40,687 bases of DNA from an uncultured Dehalococcoidaceae bacterium (lineage in GTDB: Bacteria > Chloroflexota > Dehalococcoidia > Dehalococcoidales > RBG-16-60-22). This document shows positions 9,851-18,702 of this stretch, piece after piece. The stretch is taken from positions 1 through 40,687 of the forward strand of contig CAYZOI010000004.1 of NCBI GenBank assembly GCA_964480145.1, given 5' to 3'. A program made the translations under genes and the position numbers. The stretch's first letter is position 1, and each line of letters begins with the position of its first letter. The notes under the pieces were generated by a model that saw only the letters and a program-made list of their open reading frames with translations, made no database searches and was not told the DNA's origin.

Positions 9851-11095
9851 ATGAAAGACAGGGTATCCATTGTCAGCGCCGGGGAAATTGGCGTTGACGC
9901 TGCGGTGCGCCAGGCCATAGACCTGGCCGGCGGCCTGTCGGACTTAATCACACCCCGCTCCAAAGTGCTGATAAAGCCCAACCTCTGTCGCCCCGAACCA
10001 TCGGGCACGGGAGTCACCACCGATTGCCGTGTTACCGAGGCGGTCACCAGATTCGTTCTGGAGCTCAAGCCACAGTCAGTAGTAATCGGCGAGGGTGCCG
10101 GTGCCGGCTATGATTTCAGCGGCAGCACCAGCACGGAGGAAGCCTTCCGGGTCTCCGGCACGGCTGATGTTGCCGCCCGGCTTGGCGTCGAGCTGCGCAA
10201 CCTCAACCGCGACGAATGGGAGGAAGTGTCCGTAAAAAAACCCTACATCATGGACCGGGTGAAAATTGCCCGCACCGCACTGGAAAGCGATGTTACCATC
10301 AGTCTTCCCGTCATCAAAACCCATTTAAGGACCCTGATTACGCTGAGCCTGAAGAACACAAAAGGCGTCCTGCCCGGTGCCGAAAAGAGAAAGACGCATG
10401 CCCTGGGCCTGGATAAAGCCATCGCTGACCTGAATTCAGTGGCGAAACCAAACTACGTGGTGGTCGATGGGCTGGTGGGAATGCAGGGGCTGTGGGCATA
10501 CCCTCAAGACAAAGTCGAGCCGGGGCTTATCCTGGCCGGCAGAGAGCCATATGCGGTCGATACGGTGGGAACGTATCTGATGGGGTTCAGCCCTTCTCAG
10601 GTGATGCACCTGCAGTATTTCGCCGCCCGACAAAGGCAAAAGGCTGACCTTGAGCATATTGACGTTGTTGGCGAACCTCTTGAGGCACACAGACAAAACT
10701 TCAAGTCCGGCTGGGACGTATTCCGGGAGCGATACCCGGGCGTCCGTATCGTCGAGGGTAAATCAGCCTGCAGCGGCTGCAACGGAGAACTGATGGGCGC
10801 CCTGACGGCGATAAATAATTACGGCGACCGCAGCGCTCTGGACGGGCTGACCGTCGTCCTGGGCAACGCCCGGCGGGATGAGGTTACCGAGACTGAAAAG
10901 ACGGTTATCCTGGGTAAATGCGCTCGAAATCTAGCCCGCCTTGGCCTCTTTGCCAGGGGCTGCCCGCCAATGTACGATGATATCATCAGGGCTATCTGCC
11001 GCACCGTCGGCGCCGATGCGGATACAGTTATCACTTCCCTTGAACGCGAACGCAACCGCCGCTGGGACGAGACAGAACACCTGCTTGCCAGATAA
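9851..11095 (+). CDS. DUF362 domain protein with C-terminal putative Fe-S module
   Basis: VLIKPNL, IGEG, LPVIKTH, SLKN, VVDG, AVD motifs; C-terminal CSGC..GKC..GCPP. Confidence 0.85.
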   Translation: MKDRVSIVSAGEIGVDAAVRQAIDLAGGLSDLITPRSKVLIKPNLCRPEPSGTGVTTDCRVTEAVTRFVLELKPQSVVIGEGAGAGYDFSGSTSTEEAFRVSGTADVAARLGVELRNLNRDEWEEVSVKKPYIMDRVKIARTALESDVTISLPVIKTHLRTLITLSLKNTKGVLPGAEKRKTHALGLDKAIADLNSVAKPNYVVVDGLVGMQGLWAYPQDKVEPGLILAGREPYAVDTVGTYLMGFSPSQVMHLQYFAARQRQKADLEHIDVVGEPLEAHRQNFKSGWDVFRERYPGVRIVEGKSACSGCNGELMGALTAINNYGDRSALDGLTVVLGNARRDEVTETEKTVILGKCARNLARLGLFARGCPPMYDDIIRAICRTVGADADTVITSLERERNRRWDETEHLLAR

Positions 11096-11133
11096 CTCCG
11101 GTTTAAGAACGGCCAATGCGGTGACCGCACAGA

Positions 11134-12237
11134 TTACTTCTTGAGCAGGTCGGAGCAGTCCACCTTCTCGTACTCGCTCTGACAGGGATAACCTTTGGCG
11201 ACGTACATCGCCGGCTCATTCAAATCCATTATGGCGGAATACAGAGTAACCCACTGCTTGATGCCATCAACGTGGTCATCCAGATGACGGCAGATGGAAT
11301 TGGGCTGGCTGAAGTGGTCCCGGAAGACCCGCTGAAAGCTGTTGACGTCAATATGCCCCTTTTCCGGCTCCAGCAAGTGCCTGGCCCGCTGGTCACGGAG
11401 AAGCGTATCGGGGTATATTGATTTAAGCATATCGGCGAAGTCCTCCCGGCCTTTCAGAGCGATAAAGTGATTGCTGTGGGTAAGGATGCCGTTCTCGGGG
11501 TACAGAAAGCCCACGTCCACCGGTGACATTTCCAGACTTACGGCCTCACCATCGCGGTGGGCAATGAAAAAATTGCCTGATACCGTGGCCTTTGCCTGAA
11601 AAACTGCTCCCAGGGCCTGACTGAAGCTCTCTGAATTCAATATCCGACGCATGATTAAGAGACACGGCATCGTGGCGCCGAACGCGTCCCGGCTTGACGC
11701 CAGGCCATTGAAACAGGCACCGATTCCGACTGAGTTCATGCCGCGGTGAGCCAGTACTCCTGCCTCTGGCTGGGTTACCACAGTCGGTTTCCCTTGCTGG
11801 TCTGCTTTCAGAATGACGTTGAACTCCTGAAACCGGGGCAGCCAGTCCCAGGTCTGGCCGATTAACGTGTGACCATCTCTGGTTACCGGCGGCAGTGAAG
11901 ACACCGAGGTGCAGCCACCGCCCTGATACAGGCAGGAAATTCCCAGGTCAAAGTTAATCTCGTAGCGGGCATTTATGGCGACTATTTCATCAAGCGACAA
12001 CTCGGCGCCCTTAGCCACCCCCTCCAGTTCCTCCAGTATATCGGCATCATAACCACCGATAACCTCTACTAAAGCGTGGCTCTTTTCCAGAATTGCCTTG
12101 CGTTCGGCTCCCCACAGGGTGCGCCACATATCAAAGTAAACTTCAACGTTCTGCTGGATTATCTTCCGCGCCTGGGTACCATATTGCTGGCCACACTCAC
12201 AAGGTTTGCCCTTGACCGAAATTACCGGAGGCAGCAT
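11134..12237 (-). CDS. Peptidase C45 / acyl-CoA:6-APA acyltransferase family Ntn hydrolase
   Basis: INARYE, autoprocessing site GG|CTS, GQTWDW, GMNS.G, HSNHF, SICRH. Confidence 0.9.
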   Translation of the reverse strand: MLPPVISVKGKPCECGQQYGTQARKIIQQNVEVYFDMWRTLWGAERKAILEKSHALVEVIGGYDADILEELEGVAKGAELSLDEIVAINARYEINFDLGISCLYQGGGCTSVSSLPPVTRDGHTLIGQTWDWLPRFQEFNVILKADQQGKPTVVTQPEAGVLAHRGMNSVGIGACFNGLASSRDAFGATMPCLLIMRRILNSESFSQALGAVFQAKATVSGNFFIAHRDGEAVSLEMSPVDVGFLYPENGILTHSNHFIALKGREDFADMLKSIYPDTLLRDQRARHLLEPEKGHIDVNSFQRVFRDHFSQPNSICRHLDDHVDGIKQWVTLYSAIMDLNEPAMYVAKGYPCQSEYEKVDCSDLLKK

Positions 12238-12268
12238 AGTTTTGGCTCCTTTCTAAAATTCGACGGGC

Positions 12269-13813
12269 TCAGGCTATCCTTCGGTTATCTGCCTTCTTGA
12301 TAACCCCGTTGCCCAGCGAATTTTCTATCGGCGTGCTGACGTACTTTTCCATAACCTTGCGGAAGTGATATCCGTAGACACTCATGGTTATTGATATCGG
12401 CAATTTCCGCGGGTACTTCATTAACGTCAGCAAAAACAGTCTCCAGTAGTATCTCCGACCCTTTTCTCTGAAGCCCAGGACCCAGATGGATTTCAGGAAC
12501 GCCTCCAGTTCGTAGGAATGGAGTTTGTTCTTCTTGATAGTCGGCCGATATTCTTTCAGAAATGCCTTGACCCGCTCGTAGTACTGTTTTGGTGAATAAA
12601 TCGTGGACAGGATGTGCTTGTAGCCATCGATGAGAGTAGCCGAGTTCATCTTGGGGATGAAGTTAAGGGAAATATCATTGTTGTCACCGGTAAACGCTCG
12701 AACCAAACGGTTTTCTTTCTTGAGCCGCTGGTGCAGCCTGGTACCGGTCGGAGCATTAAGCAGGCCCACCATCGCCGTGACGATGCCGCTCTTCTGAATG
12801 AAATTTATCTGGCTCCTGAAGATGGATAGCGGGTCGCTGTCAAAGCCAACGATAAAGCCTCCCTGCACTTCCAGACCGTGATTCTGTATCTTTTTCACCG
12901 AAGCCACGAGGTCGCGATTCCGATTCTGCGCTTTATTGCATTCCGCTAGGCTTTCCTCGTTTGGCGTCTCAATGCCGACAAACACCCGGTCGAAACTGGC
13001 TTCCGCCATCATTTGCATCAGCGTATCATCATCCGCCAGGTTTATCGAGGCCTCCGTGGAGAGAACAAAGGGATATTTTTTACTTTTTTGCCATTTAATT
13101 ACAGCCGGTAGAATCTCCTCTTTCAACTTTTTCTTGTTCCCGATGAAGTTGTCATCGACGAAAAACACCCCGGAACGCCATCCGCTACTATACAGCACCT
13201 CCAGCTCGGCAATTACCTGCTCCCCGCTTTTGGTTCTTGGCCGGTGTCCGTTCAAGATAATGATATCGCAGAACTCACAGTTGAATGGACAGCCCCTGGA
13301 ATACTGGAGGCTCATTGAAGAATACTTTTTCTGGTTAATTAGCGACCAGAGCGGGGTGGGTGTTTCCCGGATTTCCGGTCGGGCCTTCGATAGATAAACG
13401 CGCTGCGGTTTCCTTTCCGCCAGGTCTTTAATAAACAGCGGCAGGGTTACCTCAGCTTCGCCGAGCACCAGGTGGTCCACCTCCCGGAACTCCCGGTATC
13501 CGGTGGTGAAGAGAGGGCCGCCGGCCACCGTCCTGGTTTCCAGATTTTGACAGCGCTTGATTACTTCCTTTACCGAATCAGCCTGCACCACCATGGCACT
13601 GATAAAGACAAAGTCGGCCCAGCTTATGTCCTCATCGGTGAGCTGGCTCACGTTCATGTCGATAAGTTTCTTCTCCCAGCTTTCAGGGAGCATTGCCGCC
13701 ACCGTTAGAAGGCCCAGCGGAGGGAAGGACGCCTTTTTGGAGACAAATTTCAGGGCGTACCGGAAACTCCAGAAAGTGTCCGGGTATTGCGGATAGACAA
13801 GCAGTATCTTCAT
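12269..13813 (-). CDS. B12-binding domain radical SAM protein (DUF4070-type)
   Basis: FPPLGLLTVAAMLP B12-binding N-terminus, SRGCPFNCEFC (CxxxCxxC), VDDNF, GIET, GFIVGFD. Confidence 0.93.
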   Translation of the reverse strand: MKILLVYPQYPDTFWSFRYALKFVSKKASFPPLGLLTVAAMLPESWEKKLIDMNVSQLTDEDISWADFVFISAMVVQADSVKEVIKRCQNLETRTVAGGPLFTTGYREFREVDHLVLGEAEVTLPLFIKDLAERKPQRVYLSKARPEIRETPTPLWSLINQKKYSSMSLQYSRGCPFNCEFCDIIILNGHRPRTKSGEQVIAELEVLYSSGWRSGVFFVDDNFIGNKKKLKEEILPAVIKWQKSKKYPFVLSTEASINLADDDTLMQMMAEASFDRVFVGIETPNEESLAECNKAQNRNRDLVASVKKIQNHGLEVQGGFIVGFDSDPLSIFRSQINFIQKSGIVTAMVGLLNAPTGTRLHQRLKKENRLVRAFTGDNNDISLNFIPKMNSATLIDGYKHILSTIYSPKQYYERVKAFLKEYRPTIKKNKLHSYELEAFLKSIWVLGFREKGRRYYWRLFLLTLMKYPRKLPISITMSVYGYHFRKVMEKYVSTPIENSLGNGVIKKADNRRIA

Positions 13814-13856
13814 ATTGTCTGACTGTACCTGCGAGCGAATATCAGGTTCTAAATAT

Positions 13857-13865
13857 ATTATATCA
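13857..13865 (-). promoter_or_regulatory. Extended -10 promoter (TGaTATAAT) of the radical SAM-C45 pair
   Basis: Minus strand TGATATAAT about 44 nt upstream of ATG 13813. Confidence 0.55.
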
Positions 13866-13891
13866 GCTTTCCCTCCTGATGTAACGCTTAC

Positions 13892-13975
13892 TTACTCTAT
13901 TAGTTCATACTTACCGCGGCGGCGTGTGCCCAGGACAATCTGGGGTTTCATTTCAACAACCGTGATTTCATTCAT
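13892..13975 (-). pseudogene. 27-codon ORF, probable N-terminal remnant of a GyrI-like domain gene
   Basis: SD GGGAGG (13984-13989) 8 nt before ATG; reads MNEITVVEMKPQIVLGTRRRGKYELIE*, like the first strands of GyrI-like effector-binding proteins. Confidence 0.5.
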
Positions 13976-14049
13976 CGCAAATGCCTCCCGATTACATTAA
14001 TTATCGAATTTTTGATACTATACCTGAACCACCGCCGCCATCATACTCT

Positions 14050-15345
14050 CTAGTAGTACACCTCGACCCCTCTCCCCTCCATCTGCCGTATGTCTGCTAT
14101 ATCCCGGGAGTTATCCGAAAGGTCAAGGTTGTTCCCTTTCAGGTCCAGCTGGTCGCCTTCTCCCAGGCCGTCATTTGCCAGCAGCGGGGAAATATCACTT
14201 ATTTGATTCTGGTCAAGGTTCAAGCGCTCCAGGCTACCCGGCGAGCGCAGTGGCGAGATGTCATTTATTTCATTGGCGGAAAGATAGAGAAGTCTCAGCC
14301 TGGTAAGCGGTGCCAGTGGCGCAATATCGCTGATTTTGTTGCTACCGAGCCTCAGTTCTTCCAGTTGAGTCAATAATGACAAAGTGGATATCTCCGCTAT
14401 TTTATTGCTGGAGAGGTCCAGTATTTTCAGGTTGGTAAGCGAGGCCAGCGGAGATATGTCACTGAACCCGTTACCATAGAGGTCGAGCAGGTTCAAAGCG
14501 GTCAGGGAGGCCAGTGGCGCAATATCGCTTATCCAGTTGGTCGAGAGGTGCAGCTCAACGAGGTTCGACAGCCCGGCCAGCGGTGATATATCTCGTATCT
14601 TGTTGGCAGAAAGGTACAGGGTAGTCAGGCTGGCAAGCGATGCCAGTGGTGAAATATCATCTATCTGGTTGCCGCCAAGTCCCAGCACCTCCAGCTTGGC
14701 GAGCGGCGATAGCGGGCTGAGCTCGCTTATCTTATTGCCGTGGAACTCCAGCTCCTTGAGAGCGCCGAGCGATGATAATGGCGAAACATCGGTTATTACA
14801 TTTGAGGACAGAGAGAGAAATGTCAGGCCGGTCAGTGACCCCAGTGATGAAATATCGCTGACCTGATTGAAAGATATATCCAGCCAGTTCAGGTTGGTGA
14901 GCGATGACAGGTGAGAGATATCTTCTATTTGATTGTACGCCAGGTTTAAAACGGTCAAGTTGACCATCGACGAAAGCGGGGTAATATCAACGGCCAGATT
15001 GCTAGACAGGTCAAGCGTAGTCAGATTGACCAGCGAGGCCAGTGGGGAAAGGTCAACAAGATAGTTATAGGCAAGGTCCAGTTTAACCAGGTTCGGGCAA
15101 TTTTCAATGCCGGACAGGTCGGAGATGTTAGCGTAATTAGCCGTGAGTTCGGTAAGTCCGTCTAAATCCTCCGCAGATATCGGCCCGGCAGACGGTTTGC
15201 CGATTGCGGTGCGCATCGCCGCTTCAAGGTTAAGGTCGGTGATTATTATTGTCTCCGGGTTCGCAGCCGGTAGCGCCGCACATGCCGAGATGAAAACAAC
15301 GCTTAATGATAATAAAACCACACCCTGCCATCGTATCTTGGGCAT
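14050..15345 (-). CDS. Internalin-like leucine-rich repeat lipoprotein
   Basis: Lipobox-like ISAC after hydrophobic signal, cap D.NLEAAMR.AI, about 15 x 22-aa repeats LxxLxLxxNxIxDIxPLxx. Confidence 0.92.
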   Translation of the reverse strand: MPKIRWQGVVLLSLSVVFISACAALPAANPETIIITDLNLEAAMRTAIGKPSAGPISAEDLDGLTELTANYANISDLSGIENCPNLVKLDLAYNYLVDLSPLASLVNLTTLDLSSNLAVDITPLSSMVNLTVLNLAYNQIEDISHLSSLTNLNWLDISFNQVSDISSLGSLTGLTFLSLSSNVITDVSPLSSLGALKELEFHGNKISELSPLSPLAKLEVLGLGGNQIDDISPLASLASLTTLYLSANKIRDISPLAGLSNLVELHLSTNWISDIAPLASLTALNLLDLYGNGFSDISPLASLTNLKILDLSSNKIAEISTLSLLTQLEELRLGSNKISDIAPLAPLTRLRLLYLSANEINDISPLRSPGSLERLNLDQNQISDISPLLANDGLGEGDQLDLKGNNLDLSDNSRDIADIRQMEGRGVEVYY

Positions 15346-15389
15346 TTAGCTCTCCAATCAGGCCACCTCTACAGGTTACCCTGTTTTGC

Positions 15390-15398
15390 ATTATAACA
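15390..15398 (-). promoter_or_regulatory. Extended -10 promoter (TGtTATAAT) of the LRR gene
   Basis: Minus strand CGTGTTATAAT, the same 11-mer as upstream of mutS2. Confidence 0.55.
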
Positions 15399-15657
15399 CG
15401 CTGGCGGTTGGGGATATTAGCAGGGTGGGCCGGCCATTTATTGGGCTTGTGATAATCGCATTGGTTATATCTGGCACCGCTTACCATGTGGGAGAGGAAA
15501 GCACTCCCCTCCCGTTTTGTATTGCCGCCATGCAGATAAGCCTGTTGCGTTGTCTCATTTATAGGAGTAAATTATATTTATATATTTGACCTGCTGATGC
15601 CCGGTCGGATAATAAAATCGACACCATGACCGGCAGCGATAGATAAAGGAGGCTATT

Positions 15658-15918
15658 ATGGTACCGGAGGAAAATACGGATAAAAAAGGCACTGCCGAAA
15701 GCTTCGGCGAGATATTCCGCTCCTTTGGCGAAGCCTTGAGCGAAATCTTCAACGACCCCCAGCTGAAGGAAAAGGCCAAGGAATTCGGCGATAGCGCCGC
15801 CAAGGCGGCCAAAACTTTCGGCAGCCGCTTTCAGGATGATGACGTTAAAGCCAGGTTCAGAGAGGCGGGTCAAGCGGCTCAGGATTTCGGCAAAAGCATC
15901 GCCGACCGCTTCAAATAG
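15658..15918 (+). CDS. Small hypothetical amphipathic-helix protein
   Basis: Strong SD AAGGAGG; 86 aa with recurring FG motifs; no family recognised. Confidence 0.75.
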   Translation: MVPEENTDKKGTAESFGEIFRSFGEALSEIFNDPQLKEKAKEFGDSAAKAAKTFGSRFQDDDVKARFREAGQAAQDFGKSIADRFK

Positions 15919-15970
15919 AGCGGATAATCAGTATGCCGCTATTGCCATTTCAGTTTGAACGAAGTGAAAT

Positions 15971-16312
15971 ATGTGGAACTGGGTAGTATCCTACGAACCA
16001 AGCCCGTTCTGGGGCCTGGCGGTATATGTCTGGCTGGCGCTTACCATTCACGTCATTGCCAATAAAACAGATACCCGTAATTCCTGGCTTGCCTGGATAC
16101 CAATCGCCAATCTGTACCTGATGTGTAAAGTCGCCGGGCGTTCCGGCTGGTGGACCATCCTTTTTTTCATCCCGCTGGTCAATCTCGTCCTCGGCGTCAT
16201 TATCTGGATGGCAATCGCCCGGGCCAGAAATCAGCCGTCCTGGATAGGGATACTGATGATTATCCCCATCGTGAACCTGGTAGCATTGGGGATACTGGCC
16301 TTCTCGGAATAA
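15971..16312 (+). CDS. Small membrane protein (DUF5684-like)
   Basis: Repeated W...IP..NL units (AWIPIANL, FFIPLVNL, IIPIVNL), hydrophobic. Confidence 0.78.
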   Translation: MWNWVVSYEPSPFWGLAVYVWLALTIHVIANKTDTRNSWLAWIPIANLYLMCKVAGRSGWWTILFFIPLVNLVLGVIIWMAIARARNQPSWIGILMIIPIVNLVALGILAFSE

Positions 16313-16343
16313 GCCTGATTTTTTAATAGCTTGCAGATGCCAC

Positions 16344-16374
16344 TTGACAAAACCACTCTATTTATCTGTATACT
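16344..16374 (+). promoter_or_regulatory. Putative trp leader promoter TTGACA-N19-TATACT
   Basis: Perfect -35 and near-consensus -10 just upstream of T-box stem I; spacer is longer than canonical. Confidence 0.5.
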
Positions 16375-16389
16375 TAAATAACAGAAGAT

Positions 16390-16680
16390 AAAGGCTGCGA
16401 ACAGGAATAGTAGGCTTCGCAACGGGGCGCAGAGAGTCGGGTAAGGTGAGAGCCGATGCCAGCGCCGGAGCAGAATGGGCCTGGGAGCCGCAAACCGAAA
16501 GCCACCACGGCGAGTAGGCTTTGACGCAGGGGAAGCGTTATCACATCCCGGGGTATCGTCCTTCCACGAAAGGACCGTACCGGCAAGAGATGGTCATATA
16601 TTTTTCTTTATCTTCTTTGACCAAGAAGGGTGGCACCGCGGAAGCAGCCTCCGCCCCTTCCAGGGCGGAGGTTTTTTTAT
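16390..16680 (+). promoter_or_regulatory. T-box riboswitch, Trp-specific
   Basis: Stem I with AGTA, AGAGA and GGTG boxes; specifier GAA-TGG-G (UGG at 16476-16478); T-box AAGGGTGGCACCGCG (16626-16640); terminator immediately before trpE. Confidence 0.93.
16647..16678 (+). terminator. T-box intrinsic terminator
   Basis: GCCTCCGCCC / GGGCGGAGGT hairpin followed by a T run. Confidence 0.9.
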
Positions 16681-16700
16681 TCCCCGAAAAGGCAAGGAAA

Positions 16701-18140
16701 ATGTACTATCCGGAATTAGAAGAAGTAATAAAACTGAAGAAACGGGGTAACCTGGTACCGGTATATCATGAGATGGTGGCCGACCTGGAGACACCGGTCT
16801 CGGCATATCTCAAGATAGCGCAGGGCGACTACTCATTTCTTCTGGAGAGCGTGGAGGGCGGGGAAAGACTCGCCCGCTACAGCTTCATCGGCACGGAGCC
16901 GTCTCTGGTCATAAAAACCGGCCGGGAAAACCCCGTTGACCCGCTGACGCTTATCGAAAAGGAGTTCCGGCATTACCAGCCGGTGCCGGTATCCGGCCTG
17001 CCCCGTTTCCATGGTGGCATCGTCGGCTATCTCAGTTACGAAGTGGCCAGATACTTTGAAAAACTGCCCACCCCGGATAACGACCCTCATGGTCTTCCGG
17101 AGTCGGTGCTGATGCTGGCGGATACGCTGCTGGTCTTCGACCACCTGACCCACAAGATAAAGATAGTAGCCCATGCCCACCTCGACGGCGATATTGAGCA
17201 GGCGTACTCCGAGGCGACGGCTAAAATCGACCGTATGGTGGCAAGGCTAAAGCAGCCGGTCAGCACCGATGCTCCGCCGCCAGCCGTCCCGGAGTCCCCG
17301 GTCACGCCAAATCTCTCCCGGGCGGAATATGAAAACATAGTCACCAGAGCCAAAGATTACATTTTTGCGGGAGACATCATTCAGGCCGTCCTGTCACAGC
17401 GCCTGTCCAAACGTACCAGCGCCAGTCCTTTTGCCATCTACCGCGCCCTGCGCTCGATTAACCCCTCCCCCTATATGTACTTCCTGCATCTTGGCGACTG
17501 CCACATCGTGGGCGCTTCTCCGGAGCTGCTGGTCCGGGTGGAGGACGGCATTGTCTCCAACCACCCCATCGCCGGCACCCGCCCCCGCAGCCCTGACCCC
17601 GACCGCGACCTGGGGTTGGCCAGAGAGCTGCTGAATGACGAGAAGGAACGCGCCGAGCATATCATGCTGGTCGACCTCGGCCGCAACGATATCGGCCGTA
17701 TCAGCCAGCCGGGCACGGTTTCCGTTACGCAGTTCATGGACATCGAGAGGTACTCGCACGTAATGCATCTGGTGTCCCATGTTCAGGGTAAATTGAGGGC
17801 GGGAATGACCCAGTACGATGCCCTGAGGGCCTGCTTCCCCGCCGGCACCGTCTCCGGCGCACCGAAGATACGGGCTATGGAGATTATTGCCGAGCTGGAA
17901 CCGGATAAAAGAGGCCCTTACGCCGGCGCCGTCGGCTACTTTGATTTCTCCGGCAACCTTGATACCGCCATCGCCATCCGTACCATCGTCATCAAGGATG
18001 GCGTCGCTCACGTGCAGGCGGGCGGCGGCATTGTTGCCGACAGTATTCCTGAGAATGAGTACCAGGAAAGCCTGAATAAAGCCCAGGCATTATTTACTGC
18101 CATCAAGCAGGCGGAGGCCAGCCATGCTCCTGTTGATTGA
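16701..18140 (+). CDS. trpE: Anthranilate synthase component I
   Basis: DLETP, LLES, NPSPYM, PIAGTRPR, KERAEHIMLVDLGRND, GAPKIRAM; true start ATG 16701, since the ORF-track start lies inside the T-box. Confidence 0.97.
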   Translation: MYYPELEEVIKLKKRGNLVPVYHEMVADLETPVSAYLKIAQGDYSFLLESVEGGERLARYSFIGTEPSLVIKTGRENPVDPLTLIEKEFRHYQPVPVSGLPRFHGGIVGYLSYEVARYFEKLPTPDNDPHGLPESVLMLADTLLVFDHLTHKIKIVAHAHLDGDIEQAYSEATAKIDRMVARLKQPVSTDAPPPAVPESPVTPNLSRAEYENIVTRAKDYIFAGDIIQAVLSQRLSKRTSASPFAIYRALRSINPSPYMYFLHLGDCHIVGASPELLVRVEDGIVSNHPIAGTRPRSPDPDRDLGLARELLNDEKERAEHIMLVDLGRNDIGRISQPGTVSVTQFMDIERYSHVMHLVSHVQGKLRAGMTQYDALRACFPAGTVSGAPKIRAMEIIAELEPDKRGPYAGAVGYFDFSGNLDTAIAIRTIVIKDGVAHVQAGGGIVADSIPENEYQESLNKAQALFTAIKQAEASHAPVD

Positions 18141-18702
18141 TAACTACGATAGTTTTACCTACAACCTCTATCAGTACCTGAGCGAACTGGGTGCAGAGGT
18201 GCAGGTGTTCCGAAATGATAAAATCAGCCTTGACGGGATGGAAAAGCTGGCGCCGGAGCTCATTGTCATATCCCCCGGCCCGGGCACCCCGCAGCAGGCC
18301 GGCATTTCCAACGAGGTTATTCAGCGCTTTGGGCCGCGCCTGCCCGTACTGGGCGTTTGCCTGGGCCACCAGTGCCTCGGCTACAGCTTTGGTGGCAGAG
18401 TGGCTGGTGCCGGTGAAATCAAGCACGGCAAATCTTCCCTTATCCACCACGACGGCCGGGGGCTGTACGAAGGCCTGCCCAATCCGTTTCCGGCCATCCG
18501 CTATCATTCGCTGGCGGTAATGCGCGATGGCCTGCCGGATTGCCTTGAGGTCAGCGCCTGGACGGAAAACGGAATTATCATGGGCCTGCGCCACCGTGAA
18601 TATCCGATTGAAGGCGTGCAGTTCCACCCGGAGTCCATTATGACTGAAATCGGCAAGGACTTACTTAAGAACTTCATCGCCATGAGAGGTGGAGAGCAAT
18701 GA
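18124..18702 (+). CDS. trpG: Anthranilate synthase component II (glutamine amidotransferase)
   Basis: IDNYDSFTYN, SPGPG, GVCLGHQ, RYHSL, QFHPES. Confidence 0.97.
   Translation: MLLLIDNYDSFTYNLYQYLSELGAEVQVFRNDKISLDGMEKLAPELIVISPGPGTPQQAGISNEVIQRFGPRLPVLGVCLGHQCLGYSFGGRVAGAGEIKHGKSSLIHHDGRGLYEGLPNPFPAIRYHSLAVMRDGLPDCLEVSAWTENGIIMGLRHREYPIEGVQFHPESIMTEIGKDLLKNFIAMRGGEQ

Noticed and set aside
14200-15150. Periodic DNA similarity with a 66-nt period (e.g. CAGTGGCGCAATATCGCT twice) as a possible CRISPR or DGR repeat
   Set aside because: Explained by LRR coding repeats. Copies are degenerate and there is no cas or reverse transcriptase gene.
15386-15589. 67-aa ORF with a hydrophobic stretch between the LRR gene and the 86-aa gene
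   Set aside because: TTG start without an SD, and it overlaps the LRR promoter; cannot be supported, though a gene remnant is not excluded.
16521-16700. 60-aa N-terminal extension of TrpE in the ORF track
   Set aside because: It runs through the T-box and terminator; the homologous start with an SD is ATG 16701.
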